Shown: positions 40,891 to 51,001 of the stretch, piece after piece
Numbering within the stretch: the first letter of the stretch is position 1
How the letters are laid out: every line of letters starts with the position of its first letter
Assembly (NCBI GenBank): GCA_963835065.1
Contig: CAWIEK010000003.1
Span: 128,001 to 192,000 of the forward strand
DNA length: 64,000 bases
Origin: an uncultured Chthonomonadaceae bacterium
Lineage (GTDB): Bacteria; Armatimonadota; Chthonomonadetes; Chthonomonadales; Chthonomonadaceae
Direction: 5' to 3'
The notes under the pieces: generated by a model
Told to the model about the DNA's origin: nothing
The model's database searches: none
The model's input: the letters and a program-made list of their open reading frames with translations, nothing else
Program-made: the position numbers and the translations under genes

Positions 40891-41325
40891 ATGGCGAACC
40901 GAACAGCCGTACTGGATACCAACAAAGGCGTAATTCGCTTTGAATTGTTTGAAGACCTTGCCCCAATTACCACGCAGAACTTCATTGACCTGGCGCAGTC
41001 GGGATTTTACACCGGCCTGACGTTTCACCGCTACGAACCTGGCTTTGTGATTCAGGGCGGCGACCCGACCGGAACCGGCACGGGAAGCTCCAAGCGCACC
41101 ATCCCGCTGGAAGTCTCGCCCAAACTGAAACACGACGACGCGGGCGCGGTGGCGATGGCGCGCTCGTCCGACCCCGACAGCGCTTCCTGCCAATTCTACA
41201 TTACCCTGAAGGCCACGCCGTTTCTGGACGGTAATTATGCCGTGTTCGGCAAAGTGACCGAAGGACTGGAAGCCGCCCTCGCCCTGCGCAAAGGCGATAC
41301 CATGAATACGGTTACGATTGAATAG
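40891..41325 (+). CDS. Cyclophilin-type peptidyl-prolyl isomerase
   Basis: [37 protein letters not shown]. Confidence 0.95.
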   Translation: MANRTAVLDTNKGVIRFELFEDLAPITTQNFIDLAQSGFYTGLTFHRYEPGFVIQGGDPTGTGTGSSKRTIPLEVSPKLKHDDAGAVAMARSSDPDSASCQFYITLKATPFLDGNYAVFGKVTEGLEAALALRKGDTMNTVTIE

Positions 41326-41435
41326 GTGTTCAGGTGTTCGGGTATTCGGGTGAGAAGTGTTCTCTTGAAAGCTGCATTACCCGAATACCTGAACACCTGA
41401 ATACCTGAATACCTGCACTTATAAGGAGGCACTCT

Positions 41436-42815
41436 TTGGAACCACTGGAACCGGGCGATAAGTCGGACGCGCAAATGGACGCGAACCCGTCTGCTGCCGA
41501 ACTGTCACGGCGTGACTTTGTAAAGAAGTCCGCCCTTTCCGCCGCCATTATCGGGATGCCGACGGTTATTCCGAACCACGTTCTGGCCGCGCCCGGACGC
41601 CCCGGCGCGAATGACCGCATTATCTATGGGCATATCGGCGTGGGCGGCATGGGGCAGTCGCATGTCGTGGCCGATTCCGCCGCGTTCATCTGCGACGTGA
41701 ACCGGGGTCGCGCCCAATCCATCGCCGCTAAGTGCAGCAGCAATCCCAAAGTGACGCAGGATTACCGGGAAGTGCTGGACAGCAAGGACGTGGACGCCGT
41801 GACCATCGGCACACCCGACCACTGGCACGCCATTATGACCGTTGATGCGTGTCAGGCTGGCAAGGATGTGTACTCGGAAAAGCCTGTTTGTAAAACCATT
41901 CAGGAAGCCCACGCGATGGAGAACGCTACCAAACAGTACAAGCGCGTGGTGCAGATCGGAGCGCAGGGGCGCTCCAACCGCAACGCCTGGTACGCGGCGC
42001 AGTTTATCCGCAACGGACAAATCGGCAAAGTGAACCACGTCAAAATCTGGCATCCGGTCAACATGCGCAGCGATATGAACGGCGGCTGGGGGCAGGAAAT
42101 GGCTCCCCCGGCTGATCTCGATTGGAATATGTGGCTTGGCCCGGCCCGCTGGCGTCCCTACAACCCCGCGTATGTAGATTTCCACTTTCGCTGGATGATG
42201 GACTTCGGCGCGGGCTTCATTCGTGACCGGGGTAATCACGCTCTGAGTATCGTCAGTTGGTGCATGGGCGCGGATCAAACCGGCCCGGTCAGCGTGGAAG
42301 CGACGGGAACGCCGTCCCTTGACAGCGTGTACGACGCGCCGCCACAATTAAACGTCAAGTGGGAATTCAAAAACCCCGATTGGACGCTGACGTGGGGACA
42401 GCCCGGCGAACCCGAAGCGTTCCCCGGCCTGGATGATAAAATCGAATGGGGCGCAAAATACTATGGCGACCGCGATACCCTGATTGTGGAGGGCGGCGAC
42501 GGCGGCTGCAACACGGAGCAGAAGGCCAAGCAGTACAAGCCCGATTCCAGCGGCGTTCATCTGTTCCTTGACCCCGCGGAAGTGGACCCGACCGAGCGCC
42601 ACCGCCAGAACTGGCGCAAGTGCATCAAAACGCGCGAACAGCCCGTGATGAATACCACTGTCGGCAGGCACGTTATTGTCCTGCCTATCATCGCCAACAT
42701 TTCCTACCTGCTGAACCGCAAGCTGAACTGGGACCCGGTCAACTTCCGCTTCATCGGCGACGAAGAAGCCAATCGCTATCTCGCGCAGCCGTATCGCGCG
42801 CCCTTCCATCTGTAA
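41436..42815 (+). CDS. Tat-exported Gfo/Idh/MocA oxidoreductase
   Basis: SRRDFVK, IGVGGMG, TPDHWH, GKDVYSEKP, DWNMWLGPA. Confidence 0.93.
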   Translation: MEPLEPGDKSDAQMDANPSAAELSRRDFVKKSALSAAIIGMPTVIPNHVLAAPGRPGANDRIIYGHIGVGGMGQSHVVADSAAFICDVNRGRAQSIAAKCSSNPKVTQDYREVLDSKDVDAVTIGTPDHWHAIMTVDACQAGKDVYSEKPVCKTIQEAHAMENATKQYKRVVQIGAQGRSNRNAWYAAQFIRNGQIGKVNHVKIWHPVNMRSDMNGGWGQEMAPPADLDWNMWLGPARWRPYNPAYVDFHFRWMMDFGAGFIRDRGNHALSIVSWCMGADQTGPVSVEATGTPSLDSVYDAPPQLNVKWEFKNPDWTLTWGQPGEPEAFPGLDDKIEWGAKYYGDRDTLIVEGGDGGCNTEQKAKQYKPDSSGVHLFLDPAEVDPTERHRQNWRKCIKTREQPVMNTTVGRHVIVLPIIANISYLLNRKLNWDPVNFRFIGDEEANRYLAQPYRAPFHL

Positions 42816-42849
42816 GAACGAGAGGGAGCCGCGAATTCTAAAATACTGC

Positions 42850-42949
42850 TTACCACGGATGAAACGGATGAAACGGATACACACGGATGGAGAAAAACAT
42901 TTTCGGTATAATCCGTGTTCATCTGTTTCATCCGTTTCATCCGTGGTAA
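42850..42949. repeat. Hairpin element C: 39-bp inverted arms of ACGGATGAA repeats
   Basis: 42850-42888 vs 42911-42949, 3 mismatches. Confidence 0.9.
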
Positions 42950-43004
42950 AGCCCCGCTCCCTGTTTGCGCAAATTTGTGGTTTCCTGGAATATGGAGGTT
43001 TGAC

Positions 43005-43535
43005 GTGTTTATTGACGCAAAAGATTTGCTGGATCAACTGCAATCGCCGGACGCGAGTGTACGCCTGAAGGCGTGTCAGAGCGCGGGGCCGGCGGGCGCG
43101 GGCGCAATCCCCGGATTGGCCGACCTGATGGCATCGCCGGACAAGAGCGTTGCCAAAGGCGCAAAGGTTTCGATGCAAACCATTGCGCATTATTCCGCGC
43201 GTCCCGGCGCGGGCAAGGAAGCGCAGGCCGTGACGACAGCCTTGCTGAAAGTGGCGGACTCGACGCGCCCGCGCATGATACGGGCGGACGCGCTGAACCT
43301 TGTCGGCGTGGTGGGCGATGGCCGCGCCGTGCCGACGCTGACCAAGCTGCTTTCCGATAAGGAAGTTCGGGAAGATGCGCGGATGGCCTTGGAGCGCATC
43401 CCCGGCAGCGCGTCCCTGAATGCCCTGAAGAAAGCGATGGCAAGCGCGCCGGACGATTACAAGGCCAGTCTCAAACAATCCATACAGGCGCGAAGCGTAT
43501 CACCGCAAAACGTCGGATTGGCGATGGCGCGTTAA
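43005..43535 (+). CDS. HEAT-repeat protein
   Basis: GTG start after GGAGG; AVPTLTKLLSDKEVREDARMALERIPG. Confidence 0.8.
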   Translation: MFIDAKDLLDQLQSPDASVRLKACQSAGPAGAGAIPGLADLMASPDKSVAKGAKVSMQTIAHYSARPGAGKEAQAVTTALLKVADSTRPRMIRADALNLVGVVGDGRAVPTLTKLLSDKEVREDARMALERIPGSASLNALKKAMASAPDDYKASLKQSIQARSVSPQNVGLAMAR

Positions 43536-43567
43536 TTTTCCTCACCAAGCGTCCATAAGCGAACATG

Positions 43568-43605
43568 CCCCTCTCCTGGCCGCTCCTGCGCTGCTAAGAG
43601 AGGGG
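43568..43605. repeat. CCCCTCTCC..GAGAGGGG REP-like palindrome, degenerate copy
   Basis: CCCCTCTCCTGGCCGCTC..AAGAGAGGGG. Confidence 0.7.
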
Positions 43606-43708
43606 CTTTGCTTTCGTAATAAGCCCTTACAGGGCAAAGGTAGCCGTAAGCCGGATGAGGGCAGAAGCTCCCGTCACGCATGGTATAATATTCTGAGCAA
43701 ACTTGACA

Positions 43709-44962
43709 ATGAAGCCTACACAACCTATCACTATCGCTGTTCAACCGCCCTCCTCCTCACCTGCCTGGCCGGATTTTCAATTCTCCGTTACCCATGCAAG
43801 CGTGGAACTGGGCGTTTGGGGCCGGCGCGGAACCTTGCAGTTACCCCATGCCACGCTGGAAACGCCCGTTTTCATGCCGGTTGGGACGCAGGCGACCGTG
43901 AAGGCGATGACCCCAACGGAATTGCGCGAAATCGGCTTTGCTCTCATTTTAGGCAACACGTACCATTTGCACCTGCGTCCGGGAGAAAAACTGATTGCGC
44001 GGGCGGGCGGGCTGCATCAATTTCAGGGCTGGCCGGGGGCGCTGCTGACGGATAGTGGCGGCTTTCAAGTGTTCAGCCTGTCGGGACTGCGGCGGATTGG
44101 CGAGGATGGCGTACAGTTCCAATCGCACCTTGACGGCTCCAAGCACGTCTTTACCAGTGAAAGCGTGATGCAGATCGAGCGGGATTTGGGCGCGGATATT
44201 ATCATGGCCTTCGATGAGTGCGCCCCGTATCCCTGTACGCCCGACTATGCGCGGCAGGCAATGGAACGGACGCACCGTTGGGCGGAACGCTGCATTGCCG
44301 ATTATAACGCGCATGACAGGCGGGCGACGGGCGGGTGGCCGCAGGCGCTGTTCGGAATCGTGCAGGGTGGGGTGTTTCCTGAACTGCGAACGGAAAGCGC
44401 CCAAACCCTTGTGGCGATGGATTTTCCGGGTTATGCGGTGGGCGGATTGGCGGTTGGTGAAAGCATGGAGCAGCGCAACGAAACGATTGCCAATGTCACG
44501 CCCCTGCTGCCGCGTGACAAGCCCCGCTACTTGATGGGAGTGGGTACGCCCGTTGACATTCTCGACGCCGTGCAGCGCGGTATAGATATGTTCGACTGCG
44601 TACTGCCCACGCGCAACGCCCGCAACGCGCAAGTCTTCACAAGCCGGGGCGTCCTGAACCTGCGCAACGCCAAATACGCGGACGACTTTACGCCCATAGA
44701 CCCGGATTGCTCGTGCGCCGTCTGTCGGCAGCATACCCGCGCCTACGTTCGCCACCTGTTTCTGGCAAAAGAGATACTCGGCCCGCGCCTGACAACCTAT
44801 CACAATCTCGCGTTTTACCACCGCCTGATGGCAAACATCCGTAGCGCAATCCGAATGGGAGCGTTTCTCGCCTTCCGCCGCGAGTTTCTGAACAACTATC
44901 AGGCCAATCCGTCCGATGAAGCGGATACTGCTTCAGCGGAAGCAATAAACATTATCGAATAA
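43709..44962 (+). CDS. tgt: Queuine tRNA-ribosyltransferase
   Basis: ETPVFMPVGT, NTYHLHLRPG, TDSGGFQVFSL, PRYLMGVG, DMFDCVLPTRNAR, CSCAVC. Confidence 0.97.
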   Translation: MKPTQPITIAVQPPSSSPAWPDFQFSVTHASVELGVWGRRGTLQLPHATLETPVFMPVGTQATVKAMTPTELREIGFALILGNTYHLHLRPGEKLIARAGGLHQFQGWPGALLTDSGGFQVFSLSGLRRIGEDGVQFQSHLDGSKHVFTSESVMQIERDLGADIIMAFDECAPYPCTPDYARQAMERTHRWAERCIADYNAHDRRATGGWPQALFGIVQGGVFPELRTESAQTLVAMDFPGYAVGGLAVGESMEQRNETIANVTPLLPRDKPRYLMGVGTPVDILDAVQRGIDMFDCVLPTRNARNAQVFTSRGVLNLRNAKYADDFTPIDPDCSCAVCRQHTRAYVRHLFLAKEILGPRLTTYHNLAFYHRLMANIRSAIRMGAFLAFRREFLNNYQANPSDEADTASAEAINIIE

Positions 44963-45062
44963 CCGGGCAAAACTGTTGTTCCTCACCTGTTCTAATGAAG
45001 CGCCAAAGCTCACCCGAACACCTGAACACCGAACACCTGAACACCGGCATTTGAGGAATAAA

Positions 45063-45890
45063 TTGAACAAATCTACTGATATTATCGCTGAGGATCGCGT
45101 GGCTGTCCCTGTAGACCAACTCCACGTCCCGGCCAAGCCCGAAACGGAGCGCCCGCGCAATGGGCGGCATGAATCCATTCCCGTCAAAGACGCCGCCAAC
45201 GCGGTACAGGCGGCGGAACAGGCCGCGCCCAAACCTGTTTCTTACAGAGACGTGCGGAGCAATCCGAAAATCCGCGCTTACATTGAAAAAGCCAACGAGC
45301 AGATGCTTGTTATTGGCTACAGCGAACACGGCCTGCGCCATGCCGCCCTGTCCGCCGCCATTGCCCGCAACATCCTGCTGGAACTCGGCATGGAAGCGCG
45401 CGCCACCGAACTGGCCGCTATCGCCGGTTACATGCACGACATCGGTAACTGCGTCCACCGCATTTATCACCCGCAAATCGGCGCGACGATGGCAATGCAA
45501 TTGCTCGACCAGATGGGCATGGACGCCCGCGAAATCGGAACGGTTATCGGCGCTATCGGCAACCACGAGGAACCCGAAGGCGTTCCCATCAACACCATTG
45601 CCGCCGCCGTGATTATCGCCGACAAATCCGACGTGCATTTTACCCGCGTCCAAAATCCCGACCCCACCACTTACGACATCCATGACCGGGTGAACCACGC
45701 CGTGCAGAAATCACACATTATGGTTGACCGCGACGCCAAAATCATCACGCTTGACCTCATCATTGACGTGACCGAAGCGACCGTCATGGAATACTTTGAG
45801 ATATTCGTGATCCGCATGAGGCTGTGCCGCCACTCCGCAGAAAAACTCGGCTGCAAATTCCGCCTCATCATCAACGGCACGGAACTGTAA
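45063..45890 (+). CDS. HD-domain phosphohydrolase
   Basis: GYSEHGLRH, YMHDIGN, AIGNHEE, IIADKSDV, DIHDRVN. Confidence 0.9.
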   Translation: MNKSTDIIAEDRVAVPVDQLHVPAKPETERPRNGRHESIPVKDAANAVQAAEQAAPKPVSYRDVRSNPKIRAYIEKANEQMLVIGYSEHGLRHAALSAAIARNILLELGMEARATELAAIAGYMHDIGNCVHRIYHPQIGATMAMQLLDQMGMDAREIGTVIGAIGNHEEPEGVPINTIAAAVIIADKSDVHFTRVQNPDPTTYDIHDRVNHAVQKSHIMVDRDAKIITLDLIIDVTEATVMEYFEIFVIRMRLCRHSAEKLGCKFRLIINGTEL

Positions 45891-46580
45891 AAACATTTGA
45901 ACCGCAAAGGGGCAAAAGAGAGCAAAGAAAAGCAAAGAACGAAGAAACAGAAGAACAGGCATGGTAAAGGAGAATGGCGATAATTCCGCTCTACATTCCC
46001 ACAGGTCCACCGACCTCTTCTTTGTCTTTGTCTTTTCTTTGCCTCCTTTGCCCCTTTGCGGTTCACGTTTTCGCTGTGTACACGACGCGGTTGATGCCTG
46101 ATTTCAGGATGGTGACATTGAAGTTGATGAGCAGGCCGAGAGGAAGTTTGGTGGCTTTCAAGTACGACATCAACTGCGCGGTGTGTATGGGCAGCAGGGT
46201 TTCCACGGCTTTCAATTCCACGATCAGGCACTCATCCACGAGCAGATCAAGCCGCCCCTCGCCTACCTCAACACCTTTGTAGGCTACGCCAACAGGAGCC
46301 TGCCGCGCAACCGGAATGCCACGCAGTTGACACTCACGCTCAAGCGCGTATTCGTACACGCTTTCCAGATAGCCGGGGCCAAGCAATTTATGAACTTCAA
46401 TCGCCGCTCCGATAACCTCGTGTGAAAGCGCATTGATTTCGTCAGAAGGTTCCTGCATATTCTTCTCCATGTGTATACTGTTGTTCTCTGCGACTGCGGA
46501 ACGTAACTCGCCGTGTCTATTCTGCTTTTCTCTTCGTATTTCCTTTGCTCCCTTTGCCTCTTTGCGGTTCAAATGTTTTT
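45889..46580. mobile_element. Inverted-repeat-bounded GxxExxY cassette (putative mobile element)
   Basis: Perfect 21-bp inverted repeat AAAAACATTTGAACCGCAAAG at 45889-45909 and 46560-46580; third arm at 46032-46065. Confidence 0.6.
46063..46470 (-). CDS. GxxExxY protein (PD-(D/E)xK-like nuclease fold)
   Basis: IGAAIEVHKLLGPGYLESVYE, RLDLLVD..IVELKAV, AQLMSYLK, GLLINF. Confidence 0.95.
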   Translation of the reverse strand: MEKNMQEPSDEINALSHEVIGAAIEVHKLLGPGYLESVYEYALERECQLRGIPVARQAPVGVAYKGVEVGEGRLDLLVDECLIVELKAVETLLPIHTAQLMSYLKATKLPLGLLINFNVTILKSGINRVVYTAKT

Positions 46581-46663
46581 TGCAGGAGGGGTTTTCGCGC
46601 GGGATGTCGAATAAACGTTTGCGGTGACTTCCCGCGCCAACATTTTCTTTCAGGACAATTGCC

Positions 46664-47971
46664 ATGCTGCGTTTTCAGCGTTTGATTTTGTGCTTGCTTG
46701 TACTTTGCGGTGTTCACCTGTGCGGTGCGGTACGCGCCGAGGATAAGGGATTTGTCAAGATTTTTGACGGAACCACGCTTAACGGCTGGACGCTCGTGGG
46801 CGGTTCGGGGCCGGGGTACGTGCCGCAGAACGGCATACTGGATTGTCCCGCCGATGGCGGCGGCAACCTGTTCACCGTGAAAGAGTACAGCGACTTCGTG
46901 TTTCGCTTTGAGTTCAAACTGTTCGCCAACAGCAACAACGGCATCGGCATCCGCGCCCCGCTGGAAGGCGACGCGGCGTACATGGGGATGGAGTGCCAGG
47001 TGTTGGACGACAGCGGCTCCATGTACACGAACCTGCTGCCCGGCCAGTACCACAGTTCCCTGTACAAGATCGTTCCCGCCAAACGGGGTTCGCTCAAGCC
47101 CGTCGGGGAATGGAACAAAGAAGAAATTACGGCTATGGGGCGGCACATCAAAGTGGTCGTCAACGGCAAAGTGACCGTAGACGCGAACCTCAACGATATT
47201 ACCGACCCCGCCATTCTTGCCGAACATCCGGGGATGCTGCGAGACCGGGGGCACGTCGGCTTTTTGGGGCACGGGCCGAGCGAAGTGCAGTTTCGCAACG
47301 TTTTTATTAAAGACATGGGCAAGCCAGAGCGCGACAACACGCCGCCGATGGGATTCACGGCTCTGTTCAATGGCAAGGATTTGAAGGGCTGGAAGGGACT
47401 GGTGGCCGATCCGCCGCATCGCGCCCTGATGAAGCCGGAAGAGTTAAAGGCCGCCGAGGAAAAGGCGACAACGGAAGCCTTGAAGCACTGGAAAGCCCTG
47501 AACGGCGAAATCGTATACGACGGTAAAAATAACAGCCTTTGCACCGTAAAAGACTATGGCGACTTTGAAATGCTGGTAGACTGGAAGATACCGCCGCGCG
47601 GCGACAGCGGCATTTATCTGCGCGGCAGCCCGCAGGTGCAGATTTGGGACCCGGTCAATCATCCCGGCAGGCCGAATGAAGGCTCCGGCGGGCTGTACAA
47701 CAACATCAAAAATCCGAGCGGGCCGACACACACGGCGGACAATCCCATCGGCGAATGGAACCGCTTCCGCATTTTAATGGTGGGCGACAAAGTGACCGTT
47801 TATTTGAACAATCAGCTTGTGGTTCAAAACGTCACGATGGAAAACTACTGGGAGCGCGACAAGCCCATTTATCCTACGGGGCAGATCGAACTCCAGCATC
47901 ACGGCGACTCGCTTTACTTCAAGAACATCTATATACGTGAGTTGAAGACAGGCGCGAAGCAGCAGCAGTGA
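46664..47971 (+). CDS. Secreted tandem DUF1080 (3-keto-disaccharide hydrolase-like) protein
   Basis: Two domains: FDGTTLNGW..NNGIGIR..GEWN and FNGKDLKGW..DSGIYLR..GEWN..ELQHHG. Confidence 0.92.
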   Translation: MLRFQRLILCLLVLCGVHLCGAVRAEDKGFVKIFDGTTLNGWTLVGGSGPGYVPQNGILDCPADGGGNLFTVKEYSDFVFRFEFKLFANSNNGIGIRAPLEGDAAYMGMECQVLDDSGSMYTNLLPGQYHSSLYKIVPAKRGSLKPVGEWNKEEITAMGRHIKVVVNGKVTVDANLNDITDPAILAEHPGMLRDRGHVGFLGHGPSEVQFRNVFIKDMGKPERDNTPPMGFTALFNGKDLKGWKGLVADPPHRALMKPEELKAAEEKATTEALKHWKALNGEIVYDGKNNSLCTVKDYGDFEMLVDWKIPPRGDSGIYLRGSPQVQIWDPVNHPGRPNEGSGGLYNNIKNPSGPTHTADNPIGEWNRFRILMVGDKVTVYLNNQLVVQNVTMENYWERDKPIYPTGQIELQHHGDSLYFKNIYIRELKTGAKQQQ

Positions 47972-47979
47972 GGTTTGCA

Positions 47980-50842
47980 ATGGTAACACCGGACGCGCGT
48001 ATCGCCCCCGCCGGCGACGTGACCCTGATGTTCACGGATATTGAAGGCTCCACGCGGGGTTGGGCCACTTATGAGGGGCGTTTTCATGCCGCGTTGCTGC
48101 GCCACAACGAACTGCTCCGGCAGGCCATCGCCCTGCACGACGGCTATGAAGTAAAGACCATCGGCGACGCCTTTATGGTGGCCTTTGCCACGCCGCTTTC
48201 CGCCGCCCTGTGCGCTTTGGAAATCGAACGGCTGATTGAAGCCGAGCCGTTTACGGAAGTGAACGGCCTGCGCGTTCGCATCGGGCTGCATACGGGCGAC
48301 ATACAGCCGAGCGGCGGCGATTACTTCGGCAACCCCGTCAACCGAACCGCCCGCATCGAAGCCGCCGCGCACGGCGGCATGATCTTGATGTCGGAAGACA
48401 CGGCGGAACGCCTGACAGCCGATTTGCCGGAGGGAGCCGCCCTCATAGATCACGGCTTCCACCGGCTCAAAGATTTGGGCGCTCCGCTCAAACTGTTCGG
48501 GCTGACCCATGTGGACCTGCCCGTCCGCGAATACCCTCGAACTCAACACCCTCGTTCCTGAAATGCACAATTTCCCGGCGGAACTGACCAGTTTCGTCGG
48601 ACGCGAACGCGAAATCAAAGAATTGACCGAGATGCTGGTGGAAGGCAAGCGGCGGCTGATTACCCTCACCGGGCCGGGCGGAACGGGCAAAACGCGGCTG
48701 TCGCTGCAAGTGGCGGCGGAGTGTTCGCAGCACTTCAAGAATGGCCTGTGGCTGGTGGAACTGGCGGGCGTGTCGCGGGCGCAGGACGTGCCCGCGGCCG
48801 TTGCCATTGCGCTCGGTATCCCCCTGTCCACAGATGGCGATGTGAAAACGCAGGTGTTCGCGCACCTGAAAACCCGCGCGTGCCTGCTGGTTCTGGACAA
48901 TTTCGAGCAGGTGATAGACGCGGCCCGTTTTGTAAATGATTTAATGAAGCAGTGCGCGAATGTTTCCGTTCTTGTCTCGTCGCGGGAACTGCTGCAAATC
49001 GCGGGCGAACAGGACTATCCCTTAGAGCCGCTCGGCCTGCCCCCGGACAGCGTGACCGTAAAAACGTGGCAGCAGTATGCCAGCCTGCGCCTGTTCGTGG
49101 AGCGCTGCATGGCCGCGCGTCCCGCGTTCACCGTTACGGAAGACAATTTAGGGGATGTGGTCACGATTTGCCGCCGGGTGGACGGCCTGCCCCTTGCGAT
49201 GGAACTGACGGCGGCCTTGTCACGGGGCATGACGCCGCAGCAGATCGTGCCCCGCTTGCAGGACAGATTGCGCCTGCTCGCCTCATCGCGCCGGGATCTG
49301 GAACCCCGTCAGCGCTCCATACGCGGCGCGATTGACTGGAGCTACGACCTGCTCACGGAAGACGAGCGCGTCCTATTCGCGGAATTGTCCGTGTTCGTGG
49401 GCGGGTTCAGTCCCGAAGCAGTGGAAGCCGTGTGCGAAACCCCGATGGCATTTGATCTCATTTTCACGCTGCGGGACAAGTCGCTGGTGAAAAGCGTGGA
49501 AGTGGACGGCGAAATGCGCTATTCCATGCTGGAAACCCTGCGGGAATACGCCAAAGAAAAGCGCGAAGCCGAAAACATCAGCCCCGACCTCTGCGCCCGC
49601 CACGCCGCATATTATCTGGAACTGGCGCAGGACGGCAGCGCGCAATTGAACGGACCGGAAGCGGCCGCCGCGCAAAAGCGCCTGCAGTTTGACATTGACA
49701 ACATGCGCGCAGGTATGGATTGGGCGGCGGAACAGGACGATTGCGAACTTGTTTCCGGTTATGGCCGCGCCCTGGCGCGTTTCTTTATTACGCGGGGTTT
49801 ATACGAAGAAGGAGATCAGCGGCTGGCTACGGCGGAAGAGGCATGCCGTCAGGGCGGCGATCAACAATCTCTGGCGCTTCTTCTGCTGCAGCGCGGACGC
49901 ATCGCTGATCAGCGGACACATTTAGAAGCGGCCCGCGCGTTTTATCAGGCAAGTTATGACATCAGCAAAGAAATTGGAGATACGAAACGCCTGGTTGCGC
50001 CAATGGTGAATTTAGGCAACATCGCGTATGCGCGTAACGATTACCTTCTGGCCGAAAGCACCTGGGAAGAGGGCCTTCGCCTGGCGCGAGAAACACAACA
50101 GCCGCGCTATGAAGCCATAATGCTGGCTAGTCTGGGCATCCTTGTCATGGATAGAGGCGATTTTGAAGCTGCGACCCGTTATTACGAGCAGGCTTTGAAT
50201 ATTCACCGCAAGGCCAAAGACAACCGGTTGACGGCTTATGCGCTAATGCACATTGGGGAAGCCTTGCAGGGACAGGAGCGATACGTGGAGGCTATCGCAA
50301 ACGCGCAGGAAAGCCATAACCTGTTCCTGGAACTTGGATCGCGTATGGAAATCGCCGTTACTGCCATTCACCTGGGACAAAACTTTCTGGAAATCGGCGA
50401 TCTGCACAACGCGGCGCGGCACATTGATATAGGTTTAGCAACCGCGCGTGAAATCAAGGACACGCGCGTCGAAATGTACGGGTTGATGGCGCAGGGCTGC
50501 CTGTTTCTGAAACAAAATGATCCCCGTCAGGCGCTTTCCTGCCTGCGCCAATCGCTGCGCCTTGCGCACCGGATCGAAGACCACAAGCAAACCGTCCAGA
50601 TTTTGTACCATGCGGGGCTGTGCTTGCAATTGCAGGAGCAGTGGAAAGCGGCGTATCGGATTTTTGCGGTTGCGCTGCGGGAACACCGGGCGCGCAACCT
50701 GTGGGGCGGCCACCTGCTTGAACCCGTGATGCAGCAGTTGCGAATCGTGCTGAATGCGGCTGCCGTACAGTCGCTCGAAGAGCAGGCGGAAACCTGCGAG
50801 ATTGTGTCCCTGCTCGATATATTTGAGCCGAGTTCCCCGTAA
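47980..50842 (+). CDS. Class III adenylate cyclase + STAND/NB-ARC-like ATPase + TPR (frameshift near 48535)
   Basis: FTDIEGST, KTIGDAF, GDYFGNPVNRTAR; FVGRE, GPGGTGKT, LLVLDNFE, DGLPLA, IDWSYDLL; TPRs. Confidence 0.9.
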
Positions 50843-51001
50843 AACAACGGTTTTTTCTTTTTTTGCGCTAAAACAAGGAAAACGTCATACTTGGCACGAA
50901 TTATGCAATCTATTAAGTTGATACATGGCTTCCGCCCTTTTGCGGCACAAACTGTACCCAACCTTCTTCGCGTTCTCAATCCTTTGCCAATGGAGTCTCT
51001 G

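Noticed and set aside
39370..42949. Short tandem repeats as CRISPR arrays
   Set aside because: No 25-45-bp direct repeats separated by unique spacers of regular length, and no cas genes.
43709..44962. tgt as a DpdA-type DNA 7-deazaguanine modification system
   Set aside because: The sequence is canonical bacterial tRNA Tgt and there are no dpd or que genes nearby.
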